From assembly GCA_964645585.1 (NCBI GenBank), contig CAZYAN010000009.1, forward strand, positions 18,480 to 82,479: DNA of 64,000 bases, in the 5' to 3' direction. The notes below the pieces were generated by a model. That model did no database searches. It worked only from the letters and a program-made list of their open reading frames with translations, and was not told the origin of the DNA. The position numbers and the translations under genes were made by a program. Below are positions 33,671 to 43,372 of the stretch, piece by piece; the first letter of the stretch is position 1; each line of letters opens with the position of its first letter. The stretch comes from an uncultured Opitutales bacterium (GTDB taxonomy: Bacteria > Verrucomicrobiota > Verrucomicrobiia > Opitutales > T3Sed10-336).

Positions 33671-35410
33671 ATGGACATCAAAACCTGGACCTACATCCTG
33701 GTCGCGCTGAGCTTTGGCTTGTACATCGCGATCGCTGTGATCACCCGCGTGCGAAACACGCGCGGTTTTTACGTGGCGGGACACGGCGTGCCGGCGGTCT
33801 TCAATGGAATGGCGACAGCGGCAGACTGGATGAGCGCCGCCTCGTTCATCTCGATGGCAGGCATGATTTCCTACATGGGCTACAAAGGCTCGGTGTACCT
33901 GCTCGGCTGGACGGGCGGCTACGTTTTGCTGGCTCTCCTTCTTGCCCCGTACCTGCGAAAATTTGGCAAGTTCACCGTGCCGGATTTCGTCGGCGACCGC
34001 TACTACTCCAACATCGCCCGCGGAGTCGCTATTTTTTGCGCCATCTTTGTCTCGTTTACCTACGTCGCCGGGCAGATGCGCGGAGTCGGAGTCGTCTTTT
34101 CACGCTTTCTGGAAGTTGAGGTCAATACCGGCGTCATCATCGGCATGGTGATCGTCTTTCTCTATGCGACGATGGGAGGGATGAAGGGCATCACCTGGAC
34201 CCAAGTCGCCCAATACCTGGTGCTCATCGTCGCCTATATCGTGCCGGCAGTGGCGATTTCATGGCAGCTCACCGGCCAGCCGATCCCCCAGTTTGGATTC
34301 GGCGGGACAATTGCCGGGGGCGAACATGCCGGTGTCAAACTGCTCCAGGCCATCGACCAAATTCACCGCGATCTCGGCCTTCCGGAATACACCGCCGCGT
34401 ATGGTGAAGTCGGCCCAAGCATGTTCAATATGATCGCGATCACGCTGGCATTAATGGCCGGAACGGCCGGTCTGCCGCACGTGATCATCCGCTTCTACAC
34501 CGTCCGGACGGTCCACGCCGCGCGCTGGAGCGCCTTCTGGGCGATTCTTTTCATCGGAATGCTCTACACAACCGCACCGGCGATCGCCGCGTTCGCACGC
34601 GTCAATCTCGTGGAAACGTTACACGAAGTCCCCTACGAGGAGCGCCCCGCCTGGTTTCAGAATTGGGAGCAAACCGGATTGATTGAATTTAACGACAAGA
34701 ACGGCGACGGCATTATGGTGTTCAATGCCGATCCCGAGATCAGCGAAATCACCGTCGACCGCGACATCATCGTCCTCGCCAACCCCGAAATCGCCAAGCT
34801 CCCGGCCTGGATCGTCGGACTGGTCGCGGCTGGCGGCCTCGCCGCCGCCCTCTCCACAGCGGCCGGCCTTCTTTTGGTCATCTCGTCGAGCATTAGCCAT
34901 GACCTGATCAAGCGGATCCTGCGTCCGTCGATGAGCGAGAAAGAAGAATTGTTCGCGGCGCGCGTCGCCGCCGGTATCGCGGTCGTGATCGCCGGCTATT
35001 TCGGGATCAATCCCCCAGGATTCGTCGCTCAGGTGGTCGCGTTTGCCTTCGGTCTCGCGGCCAGCAGCTTCTTCCCAATCATTGTCCTCGGAATCTTCAG
35101 CACGCGCACCACGCGCGAAGGGGCAATCGCGGGAATGCTGACCGGTATCCTCTTCACCGGCGCCTACATCATCTATTTCCGCTTCTTCCAGCCGGAAGCA
35201 GGCGCCGACGAATGGCTTTTTGGCATCAGTCCGGAAGGGATTGGCACGGTCGGCATGATCCTGAACTTCGCCGTTACCCTGATCGTGACCGCCTTCACGA
35301 AGCCGCCGCCGGCGCATGTCCAAATGACCGTTCGCAATATCCGCCTGCCAACGGTTCCAACAACTCCCGCGGAGGAAGCGGCACAGGAGACCGTGCCAAG
35401 CGAGGGCTGA
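33671..35410 (+). CDS. sodium:solute symporter family permease (VC_2705/ActP-like subfamily)
   Basis: 579 aa and polytopic. Motifs include FYVAGHGVPAVFNGMATAADWMSAASFISMAG and GGMKGITWTQVAQY. It is paired with the DUF4212 gene. Confidence 0.85.
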   Translation: MDIKTWTYILVALSFGLYIAIAVITRVRNTRGFYVAGHGVPAVFNGMATAADWMSAASFISMAGMISYMGYKGSVYLLGWTGGYVLLALLLAPYLRKFGKFTVPDFVGDRYYSNIARGVAIFCAIFVSFTYVAGQMRGVGVVFSRFLEVEVNTGVIIGMVIVFLYATMGGMKGITWTQVAQYLVLIVAYIVPAVAISWQLTGQPIPQFGFGGTIAGGEHAGVKLLQAIDQIHRDLGLPEYTAAYGEVGPSMFNMIAITLALMAGTAGLPHVIIRFYTVRTVHAARWSAFWAILFIGMLYTTAPAIAAFARVNLVETLHEVPYEERPAWFQNWEQTGLIEFNDKNGDGIMVFNADPEISEITVDRDIIVLANPEIAKLPAWIVGLVAAGGLAAALSTAAGLLLVISSSISHDLIKRILRPSMSEKEELFAARVAAGIAVVIAGYFGINPPGFVAQVVAFAFGLAASSFFPIIVLGIFSTRTTREGAIAGMLTGILFTGAYIIYFRFFQPEAGADEWLFGISPEGIGTVGMILNFAVTLIVTAFTKPPPAHVQMTVRNIRLPTVPTTPAEEAAQETVPSEG

Positions 35411-35446
35411 GGGTTTCCCATTAGCACCTGAAGGGCAGCCGAAAGC

Positions 35447-35521
35447 TGGTGCACCCACCGGGAGTCGAACCCAGATCGTCGGCTCCGGAGGCCGATGTTC
35501 TATCCATTGAACTATGGGTGC
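35447..35521 (-). tRNA. tRNA-Arg (anticodon CCG), CCA encoded
   Basis: The minus strand reads GCACCCA TA GTTC AATGGATA GAAC A TCGGC CTCCGGA GCCGA CGAT CTGGG TTCGACT CCCGG TGGGTGC A CCA. This is a clean 75-nt cloverleaf folded by hand. Confidence 0.9.
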
Positions 35522-35626
35522 CGAAGAACTCGAAAAGATGACGGCGCAGACGCGAAATGCAAGTCTTTCCGGGAAGCAGCACGCGATTTTTGACGCGAAC
35601 AACGAACGCACGCCGAACGCGCGGCT

Positions 35627-36190
35627 CTACTTCCCCTTGACCTGAAAAATTTCGATCACTCGCTCAAGAATCTTGTCGACAGGCCAAAGCCGCCCCTGCC
35701 CCTCATAACCGCACGCGAGCATCCCTTCCTCAGGGCCGATGAATTCGTGCCCCCGCGCGCGAAGGGTCTCCAGATTGGCCCGAGTCGCCGGATGATCATA
35801 CATTTTGCCATTCATCGCGGGAGCGATCAGCACCGGCGCCCGGCACGCCAAATAAAGCGACGTCAGCTCGTCATCGGCCAAACCGTGAGCGAATTTCGCG
35901 AGCAAGTCAGCCGTCGCCGGAGCGACCAGCAACAGATCGGCCTTGTCGGCCAGTTCAATATGCCCCGGCTGCCACCCCCGCCCTTCTTCCCAAAGCGACC
36001 GCGCCACCGGATTGCGGCTCAGCACTTCCAGCGTCATCGGAGTGATAAACTCCTCCGCCGCGCGAGTCATGACCACATACGGGTTCGCCCCGAGTCTTCG
36101 CAAGCCACTGACCAAATCAGCCGCCTTGTACGCGGCGATCGATCCGGATACTCCGACAACAATGACCTTGCCGTTCAGCGGCTTGTCCAT
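35627..36190 (-). CDS. coaC: phosphopantothenoylcysteine decarboxylase-type flavoprotein (stand-alone CoaC domain)
   Basis: 187 aa with VGVSGSIAAYKAADLV, LLLVAPATADLLAKFAHGLADD and APAMNGKMY (PXMNXXMW-like). No CoaB domain is fused. Confidence 0.75.
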   Translation of the reverse strand: MDKPLNGKVIVVGVSGSIAAYKAADLVSGLRRLGANPYVVMTRAAEEFITPMTLEVLSRNPVARSLWEEGRGWQPGHIELADKADLLLVAPATADLLAKFAHGLADDELTSLYLACRAPVLIAPAMNGKMYDHPATRANLETLRARGHEFIGPEEGMLACGYEGQGRLWPVDKILERVIEIFQVKGK

Positions 36191-36245
36191 CGGTTCACAA
36201 AGGGTCTGCCTGACATAAAGCGCAACGAGAAATCGGCCGGCGCGC

Positions 36246-38207
36246 CTACTTCGCGCCGCCCGCCGTCGCCTCGGCTTCCGCCTGCGCTGCCGCTTTGGTG
36301 TCCGTCACGGCGATCGGCGCGGAAGCGGACGCGCCGCGGCCTTGATACCGCCGCATGAGAGCCGCCGCTACGAAGATCACTTCAAAAACCGCGAACGCTC
36401 CGACGTACTTCCCGCCCCCGGACCCGAATCCGTAGCTGTGCAAGCCGGCGCCCAAGACGAAATTGACGCCGTACCAGCACATGACAACGCTCATGAACCC
36501 GATCACCGCGCCAACGGTCATCCCGAAGCCTTTCCACCAGCCGGTGAGACGCCCGTGCAGCACAAACAGGTAACAGAGGATCGCGATCAGCGCCCAGGTT
36601 TCCTTCGGGTCCCAGCCCCAGAAGCGCCCCCAGGAATAATTGGCCCAAACCCCTCCAAGGATCACGCCGATCGTCAGGAGCAGAATCCCGACCTGGACCG
36701 CCCGATAAATGTAAGCGTGGAGAAAACGATTCTCCGGCATCCCCGGCCCCTTGATGATCTGCTTCGCCAGGACGACGTGCCCGAGCGCGAACGCGAGCGC
36801 AAATGCCGCATAGCTGATCGTCACCGTCAGCACATGGGTCGTCAGCCAAAAATTATCCCGCAAAACCGGCGTCAGCGGATCGATGTTCGGGTTGAGAATC
36901 ACCGGCACACTGTCCGCGAGAATCAGCAGCACCGCCGCCAGCAGTCCACCGCTTACCAAGTAATACCGGCAGCGGTAGCGCAGCTCGAACAGCAGCGAAA
37001 ACAGCAGAAGTCCAAAAGCCACCCAAATGACGGTTTCATACATGTTCGTCACCGGCGCCCGCCCGGAAATATAAACGCGCAGGCCCATGCCAATGCCGAG
37101 CAAGAGCCACGCGACCGCCCCGGTGCCGATTCCAAACCAGAAACCGGCCCGCCGTCCGGCCGACCAGGTCAGGCTGAGCACGATCGGAGACAGCAGGCAG
37201 AGGATCCACGCCCAACGGAAAAATTTGGTGTGTTCATACAGCAGCTCCGCCTGGATTTTCCCTTCCGCGGGCATCACCTCCGGAGCAAGCTCCCGTTGCA
37301 GCGAAACAAAATCCCGCGAGGCCAGCGCAAAATCCTTTTCCAGCGGCTCCCCATGATAGGCGGCAAACAGCAGCACCGTTTCCCGGTTCAACTCCCCCCA
37401 GGAATCGCCAGCGTAATATTTTCCGCCTTCCGGAACCGATACCCATGTTCCGCTCGCATCATCCGGATGCGGAACCACCGCGAACGCAGCCCCGCTTTGC
37501 AGTTGCTGGAAGGTCAGCAGACGCTGCGCCACCGTCGAAAACTTCTCCTGCAGCTCGGAAAACGCTTCCGCCCCTTCGCGGGAGCGCACGTCCTCCATCT
37601 CCTCATACAGCGTCTGGAACCGCGCGCTGCCGACAATCTCGCGAAACGAAAACCGGCTCCGCTCCAGGTCCAAATCAAGCGCTTCCTTCAAACCGCGGTG
37701 GTCGACCTTGATCACCGGCTGACCCGACCAGTCCCGCCCGCTCAGCCAGATCGAAACGATAAAGGGCATCGGCGAAACTTCGACCGACGGCGCGATCTCA
37801 AACTTCGACCGGCCGGCCATCGTCAGCAGCGACTCGCGGGCAAAGGTCAACAACGGCTTCTTGCGCCCGCCCGCCTGGATGATCAGCCCTTCCAACGCGG
37901 AATAATCGTGGTCCGGGAGCAAAACCGCCGGATCCACCGGCCGCGCCTCAGCCTCCGGTCGCTCCATCGCCGCGACATCCAAATGCGGATGATCATGCGC
38001 GTGATCGTGCGCTTCGCCTTCCGGGTGAGCATGATCATGAGCGCCGGCATGGGCGTGATCGTGGCCGGCGTGATCGTGAGGCGCCGCTCCTGAAGCGGAA
38101 GCCTCTTCCGTCCCCGTCTCCGGGGAGGCTGCCGGAACCGCGACAAGCGCGATCGGCGCGAAGAGCAGGGCGGTCGAGGCCGCCATTGCGAGCAGGTTCT
38201 TTTTCAT
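36246..38207 (-). CDS. ccsA: cytochrome c biogenesis protein CcsA (system II) with a long N-terminal extension containing a His-rich tract
   Basis: 653 aa. The tryptophan-rich heme-handling motif is WGRFWGWDPKETWAL, in a polytopic C-terminal half. The N-terminus has a signal peptide followed by HDHAGHDHAHAGAHDHAHPEGEAHDHAHDHPH. Confidence 0.85.
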   Translation of the reverse strand: MKKNLLAMAASTALLFAPIALVAVPAASPETGTEEASASGAAPHDHAGHDHAHAGAHDHAHPEGEAHDHAHDHPHLDVAAMERPEAEARPVDPAVLLPDHDYSALEGLIIQAGGRKKPLLTFARESLLTMAGRSKFEIAPSVEVSPMPFIVSIWLSGRDWSGQPVIKVDHRGLKEALDLDLERSRFSFREIVGSARFQTLYEEMEDVRSREGAEAFSELQEKFSTVAQRLLTFQQLQSGAAFAVVPHPDDASGTWVSVPEGGKYYAGDSWGELNRETVLLFAAYHGEPLEKDFALASRDFVSLQRELAPEVMPAEGKIQAELLYEHTKFFRWAWILCLLSPIVLSLTWSAGRRAGFWFGIGTGAVAWLLLGIGMGLRVYISGRAPVTNMYETVIWVAFGLLLFSLLFELRYRCRYYLVSGGLLAAVLLILADSVPVILNPNIDPLTPVLRDNFWLTTHVLTVTISYAAFALAFALGHVVLAKQIIKGPGMPENRFLHAYIYRAVQVGILLLTIGVILGGVWANYSWGRFWGWDPKETWALIAILCYLFVLHGRLTGWWKGFGMTVGAVIGFMSVVMCWYGVNFVLGAGLHSYGFGSGGGKYVGAFAVFEVIFVAAALMRRYQGRGASASAPIAVTDTKAAAQAEAEATAGGAK

Positions 38208-38214
38208 GGTTGCG

Positions 38215-39927
38215 TTAGCCCTCCTGGCCTTTTCGTTGCAGCGCGTTCAGTTCATCGATATCCAGTTCGTCGATGATGTCTTCCGGACGACGGCTTCGAT
38301 ACGAGCGCTTAAAGAAAATAAGATAGATACCACAGACGATTGTCAGGGATCCTATCCATTTAAAGAACCAGCCCGGATCACGCAAGACTTGCACTGAGCT
38401 TTCGGTCAAGTCCTCCGGGTTCCAGGAGGCCTGCGAAAACTTATAGGTGAATCCGGTCGCGAGCCGGTGAAACCCTGGCGGGTAAACGGCGGGAACATTC
38501 ATCCCGCAGGAGTCTTCCACCACGTCGCCGGTTTGCGCATTCGTGAAGCGCAAATAGCTCGTAAAGTTGGCCGGGTTATCCGTCCCTTCGTCTCGCGGAA
38601 CTTCGAAATTCATCAGCTCAACCTGGAAGGGCAGCGGCTCGCGCTTGTATCCAAACGCGAAACTTACCCGCTCATCATCAAGCCTGATGACGTGCGGGTC
38701 GCCCGCGACAAACCACTGGGGCTCGCTCTTCCGCCCGTCGCCCCAGTCGAGCCAGCCGCGCACCGCCGTCAGCCCGCCGGCTATCGCCGACTCCGTTTCG
38801 TGAAAACGTTTGTCCATTCTCGCCTCCGGAAGAACCTCAACCAGCGTCACGGTCCAATCCGCCCAGCCAGGCTGAAACCGGTCTCCGGGGACGAGCGTTC
38901 CTTCCTCGACGGCTCCGCTCGAGTTCACCGCGTGATACTCGACCCGGCCGTCATCACTGATCCGAAGTTGCAGCAGCGGCGACGGGTTCTCCATCTGCCC
39001 GAAGGTTCGGTCGATCGTGCGGCCCAGGCTGATTTGCGCGAGGCCGCCCAAGTCATAGAAGGATCCGTCCACCGGTTCTTCAATCAGCTCCACGCGCGTC
39101 GGCGCCCCGCCCATCATCGCGCTTCGCAAGTCGAGGCGCACGGCACCGGCCGGACTTCCCGGACTCGCCGTTACAGTCGTTTCTTCGACGAGCCTTTCGG
39201 TGTAACGGTCAAACACGAGCGTCGGTTCCGACGGCGCTCGGTTAAACCACTTGGTCGCCAGCCGTGCAAACGGGGCCGCCGGCGAACGGCTGTAATGGCC
39301 CGGCACCGGCATGTAGCGCGGCTTGTCCTCCGTCGGCTGACTGAGATCGACAGGAAAGGGCGCGCGATACAATTGGTCCGTCCGCGGATCGCCAAACTGA
39401 ATCGCCATTTCCGCCAGCAGCAGATAGCGTTGCGGCGCCTCCCCCGTATGGAGCGTCATCGATCCCTCGATCCCGAAATGCTTCCCAATGATCGCGCCGA
39501 TCAGCAAAATGATGATCCCGGCATGCGTCACCACGAACCCCGTGTGCTTCTTCTTCCACGGCAGCCGGGTCAGCGTCGCCGCGGCCAGATTGATGCAGAG
39601 AACGATCAGCCAAAAGGTGAACCAGGTGGCGTCGTAGATTCTGTGTCTCGCCAGCCGCGCGTCGAATTGGCTTTCCGTAACCGTCCCGAAAATCGACGCC
39701 AGGATGATCACGATAAACAACAGCATCGCCAGCTTGAGCGAGCCGAGCGCGTGAATTACGATCCACCCAAGCCCTTGGTGGTGAGCTGGACGCGCTGATC
39801 CGATTCTCCACCGGCGACGCCGCTTTGATGGAGGTTTTCTTCTCGGTTCTGCACTTTGCTGCTTCACATCGGCCATGCGTACGTCCCTGATAAAAAGCGG
39901 AAGGTAGTCCCAGTCAGGCTTCCGCAC
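38215..39927 (-). CDS. resB: cytochrome c biogenesis protein ResB/CcsB
   Basis: 570 aa. The topology (N-terminal TMs LKLAMLLFIVIILASIFGT, a large periplasmic domain, C-terminal TM) and the position 8 nt upstream of ccsA match ResB/CcsB. The true start may be the internal MADVKQQ at 39876. Confidence 0.8.
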   Translation of the reverse strand: MRKPDWDYLPLFIRDVRMADVKQQSAEPRRKPPSKRRRRWRIGSARPAHHQGLGWIVIHALGSLKLAMLLFIVIILASIFGTVTESQFDARLARHRIYDATWFTFWLIVLCINLAAATLTRLPWKKKHTGFVVTHAGIIILLIGAIIGKHFGIEGSMTLHTGEAPQRYLLLAEMAIQFGDPRTDQLYRAPFPVDLSQPTEDKPRYMPVPGHYSRSPAAPFARLATKWFNRAPSEPTLVFDRYTERLVEETTVTASPGSPAGAVRLDLRSAMMGGAPTRVELIEEPVDGSFYDLGGLAQISLGRTIDRTFGQMENPSPLLQLRISDDGRVEYHAVNSSGAVEEGTLVPGDRFQPGWADWTVTLVEVLPEARMDKRFHETESAIAGGLTAVRGWLDWGDGRKSEPQWFVAGDPHVIRLDDERVSFAFGYKREPLPFQVELMNFEVPRDEGTDNPANFTSYLRFTNAQTGDVVEDSCGMNVPAVYPPGFHRLATGFTYKFSQASWNPEDLTESSVQVLRDPGWFFKWIGSLTIVCGIYLIFFKRSYRSRRPEDIIDELDIDELNALQRKGQEG

Positions 39928-40101
39928 AATGAAATATGAGAATCTATAAAGAGAGAGACCCGTTCCAGTAAGTGTCGCTTATGCCCCGAAACCAGTCCTT
40001 TGCTTCCTCCCTTCGAGCCCCGTCACCGCGAAATGTTCCCGGCGATGCGGACCGCGGAGACTTTGCGGCCGCCAGGGTGAGCCCGGCGGATCTGGCGAAA
40101 T

Positions 40102-41304
40102 TCAACGAGTAACAATATCGTCCACGTGCAGAATAAATCCGCGCAAATATTCGCTTTCCGGCATGCCGGGCAGAACCGGATGATCGGGCGGCTGATGACA
40201 GAATTCGAGCACCCGGACCTCGCGGCGGGCGTCCGCCGCCGCCTCACCGAGCACCGCCAAAAACTCCGCCGCCCCAAAATGGTGCGAACACGAATAGGTC
40301 GCCAGAATTCCGCCCGGCGACAACTGTTTCATCGCCCGAAGATTAACCTCCTTATACCCGCGCGCCGCTCCGGAAAGTTCACCCCGCGACTTTCCAAACG
40401 GAGGCGGATCCAAGACAATCAGATCCCAGGTTTCATCAGTTTGTCTCAGAAAATCGAATACATTCGCCACCGTGAAATCCGCCTGAAGCCCGTTGCGCTC
40501 GGCGTTCCGCTCCGCCTGCTCGATCGCTTCCGCGGAATTGTCGACACCCTGCACCGACGCCGCCCCCGCACGCGCGGCATGCAGCGCGAACCCGCCTTGG
40601 TTGCAGAACGCGTCCAGCACCCGCCGGCCGGGAGCGTACGCCGCGACTCGACGATGCTCCTCGCGCTGATCGAGATAAAGACCGGTCTTTTGGCCGCGCG
40701 TCAGGTCGATCCCAAATTCAACGCCTCCGACATCGAGCCAGGCGGGCGCCAGATCGTTCCCCGAGCGCGTAAAGATGATTTCCTCCAGCCCTTCCCGCTG
40801 CCGCACCGATACGTCATTGCGAAAGACGATGTCACGCGGCTGCAGCAGTTCATGCAGCAGATCGCCGATGAGTCCGAGCCGTTTGTCCATCGCGAGCGTC
40901 ACCGCCTGGACCGCCAGCAGATCGCCGTATTGGTCGACGATCAGCCCGGGCAAACCGTCCGAGTCCGACCAGACCAGCCGCCGCGCCGCTTCATCCCGTC
41001 GCCGGCTAATCGCGCTTGCCAGCGCCGAACGCAGCAACTCCTCGTCCAGCGCAACGATCCCGCGTGCAAACCGTCGCCAGGCAATTTGCGAACGGCTGTT
41101 ATAAATCCCGCTCCCGAGCAACCGGCCGCGCGCGTCTTTGCAAAGCACCGCTTCGCCGTCCAGCTCCGCCGGCAGCAACCGCTCGATTTCATTCGCGAAC
41201 ACCCACGGATGGCCGCGCAGCACCCGCGGCCGGTTCGACGGCTTTAACCGAAGCGATGGCATTCGCGCCTTCATGAAAATTTTCCGGTCTGGTTTATTTG
41301 ACAC
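40102..41304 (-). CDS. rlmI: 23S rRNA (cytosine-C5)-methyltransferase RlmI-like (PUA plus class I SAM methyltransferase)
   Basis: 400 aa. The N-terminal motif is LRGHPWVFANEI. The SAM motif is VLDAFCNQGGFALHAARAGAASVQGVDNS, and DLIVLDPPPFGKS is also present. Confidence 0.8.
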   Translation of the reverse strand: MSNKPDRKIFMKARMPSLRLKPSNRPRVLRGHPWVFANEIERLLPAELDGEAVLCKDARGRLLGSGIYNSRSQIAWRRFARGIVALDEELLRSALASAISRRRDEAARRLVWSDSDGLPGLIVDQYGDLLAVQAVTLAMDKRLGLIGDLLHELLQPRDIVFRNDVSVRQREGLEEIIFTRSGNDLAPAWLDVGGVEFGIDLTRGQKTGLYLDQREEHRRVAAYAPGRRVLDAFCNQGGFALHAARAGAASVQGVDNSAEAIEQAERNAERNGLQADFTVANVFDFLRQTDETWDLIVLDPPPFGKSRGELSGAARGYKEVNLRAMKQLSPGGILATYSCSHHFGAAEFLAVLGEAAADARREVRVLEFCHQPPDHPVLPGMPESEYLRGFILHVDDIVTR

Positions 41305-42424
41305 GTCGAAAAAACCAGATGGCCACGAGTCCCATCACGAAGACCGGCATCCACGCCGCGACCATCGGCGCCAGCGCCCCGCGTTCTCCGACAATTCGAG
41401 CGATGTTTTCCAGGACATAATACGCGGCGAAAAGTCCGAGCGACTTCGAGATTCCGACCATCGGATTAACGCGAACGCCCGTCGTCGCAAATGGAATCGC
41501 CAAGCCGACAATGATCAAACAGCTGAACGCGCCCGCCATCACAGTGTGATATTGAACCTGCAGTCCGTTCGCCTTCGGATGGTCCTCACCGAGCAGGTCG
41601 AGCATCATGCCGATTTCATGGAGCGAAAGATCGCGCGACTTCTTGTTGAACAGCAGCATCGTCTCCGGCGTTTCGTTGAATGTATCGTTCATGTACTGCT
41701 CGAATTGCGGAGACTCCATCGACTCGCCGGTCTCCGGGTCGAAGATCATCCGCCGTCCGTCAATAAATACCCACTGCTGCCAGTAATCGTCAAAATACGC
41801 CTCCCGGGCCATCACGCGCTCGACCTCCCGCCGTTCCTCGTTGAGCTGAAACACGCTCACGCCAAACGCCCGGTAGGTAAACTGACTGAACCGGTTCATG
41901 AACCAGATGCGGTTCTCGCTCCGGTTGTCGAACGCGAGCGTTCGAATCAAACCGACATCCTCCGTCCCGCGGGCCTCCGCCAAATAGGAAAACTCAATAC
42001 CGTCGCGCATGCGCCGCGACTGCTCCACCGACCACGGAACCACCCGCGCGTTGAGACCGAGTAAAAGAATCGACAGCAGCGCCCCGCAAATCCAGATGGT
42101 GACCGTGATCCTGCCGATGCTCATCCCGCTCGCCCGCAAGGCCACAAATTCATTGTTGCGGTGCAAATTGCCGAGACAAAACAGGAGCGAAAGCAGCAAA
42201 GCGATCGGCAGAACGATCGGCAGAAATCCCGGAATGAGCACGAGATAATAAAGAAGGATCTGCCGCAAACCCGCCTGATAATCCATCAGGTCGCCGAAGT
42301 TCGAGTACATGTCGTTGAGCACCAGCAACCCCATCGTCACGGCAATGGAGATGCCAAACACCTTCAGCCACTCGCGCAGAATGTATCGGTCAACGGTCTT
42401 CAACGGTGGTAAAAGCAATGGCAA
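41294..42424 (-). CDS. LptF/LptG family LPS export permease
   Basis: 376 aa. LKTVDRYILREWLKVFGISIAVTMGLLVL is the YjgP/YjgQ N-terminus. The protein has 6 TMs with a periplasmic insert. It overlaps the rlmI start by 11 nt. Confidence 0.8.
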   Translation of the reverse strand: MPLLLPPLKTVDRYILREWLKVFGISIAVTMGLLVLNDMYSNFGDLMDYQAGLRQILLYYLVLIPGFLPIVLPIALLLSLLFCLGNLHRNNEFVALRASGMSIGRITVTIWICGALLSILLLGLNARVVPWSVEQSRRMRDGIEFSYLAEARGTEDVGLIRTLAFDNRSENRIWFMNRFSQFTYRAFGVSVFQLNEERREVERVMAREAYFDDYWQQWVFIDGRRMIFDPETGESMESPQFEQYMNDTFNETPETMLLFNKKSRDLSLHEIGMMLDLLGEDHPKANGLQVQYHTVMAGAFSCLIIVGLAIPFATTGVRVNPMVGISKSLGLFAAYYVLENIARIVGERGALAPMVAAWMPVFVMGLVAIWFFRRVK

Positions 42425-42575
42425 TCCCCCCGCTCCGCAAGCGGGAAAAATAAAAGTCGCTGATCCCAGCCCGGCTCACGATGCTCGCCCCCGCGGCTCG
42501 ACTTCCCAAAGTTGAGGCCCCCGGGCACCCCGCAATTCAGGACCTGGGCGAATCCATCCGCGGCATCGCCCTCGA

Positions 42576-43352
42576 TCACAGCGTCACGCGCAGACCGTCG
42601 CGCGCCAGCTTGACTCCCGCCGGCAGCTTCGCCTCCCACTCGCTGTGCTTCACGAGGTGCGTCAAATGGGTCAATCGTGTCGGCGCTCCGATCGCCAGCG
42701 CCGTTTCCACCGCTTCGCCTATCGTCATGTGAGTCGGATGCGGCTCCGGCCGCAGCGCGTCCAGCACCACCAGGTTCGAACCTTTTGCCATCTCGCGAGC
42801 CTCCGGCCCCACTCGTTTGCAATCGGTATAATAGGTGAACTTTGCCCCGCTGCTCTTTTCTTCAAAAACCAGGCCGAGAACGTCGACCGAGCCGTGCGGC
42901 AAAAGAACACTCCGGACCGTGCCGCCCGGCGTCTCGAGCAGCGGCGGCATCTCGTTCAGGCGGAACGCCGGGTACCCGCGAACCAGCGGCCGATCGCAGA
43001 TCGCATACGGGTAAACCGACCGGACACGCTCAAGCGTCTCCGGGGTCGAATAAACCATGAGCCCTTCATTTCCGCGCAGGTCACAAAAGCGCCTGAGATC
43101 GTCCATCCCAAGAATATGATCCGCGTGGCCGTGCGTGAGGATCACCATGTCGACGTGGCGCACCCCATGCTCAATACATTGCAAACGGAACTCTTGCGCC
43201 GCGTCGACCTGCACGTGAAAGCCGTCCATCACCACGTGAACGCTGGTGCGCGTCCGCCGGTCCCGCGGATCATCGGAGGTGCAGACTTCACAATCACAGG
43301 CGATCATCGGCACTCCCTGCGAAGTGCCGGTACCCAAAAACAGAACTTCCAT
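42576..43352 (-). CDS. MBL-fold metallo-hydrolase (PhnP-like)
   Basis: 258 aa with the ILTHGHADHILG metal motif. The N-terminal GTGTSQGVPMIACDCEVCTS Cys cluster is like that of PhnP-type phosphodiesterases. Confidence 0.75.
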   Translation of the reverse strand: MEVLFLGTGTSQGVPMIACDCEVCTSDDPRDRRTRTSVHVVMDGFHVQVDAAQEFRLQCIEHGVRHVDMVILTHGHADHILGMDDLRRFCDLRGNEGLMVYSTPETLERVRSVYPYAICDRPLVRGYPAFRLNEMPPLLETPGGTVRSVLLPHGSVDVLGLVFEEKSSGAKFTYYTDCKRVGPEAREMAKGSNLVVLDALRPEPHPTHMTIGEAVETALAIGAPTRLTHLTHLVKHSEWEAKLPAGVKLARDGLRVTL

Positions 43353-43372
43353 ACGACGCGAAAGCGAACGGA

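Noticed and set aside
36342-38093. 583-aa plus-strand ORF antisense to ccsA. Similar shadows lie opposite resB (38467..39798), rlmI (40126..41247) and dnaX (53050..54258).
   Set aside because: The same reasoning applies. The opposite strand encodes proteins with unambiguous family motifs, and the shadow translations are low-complexity R/P/Q-rich.
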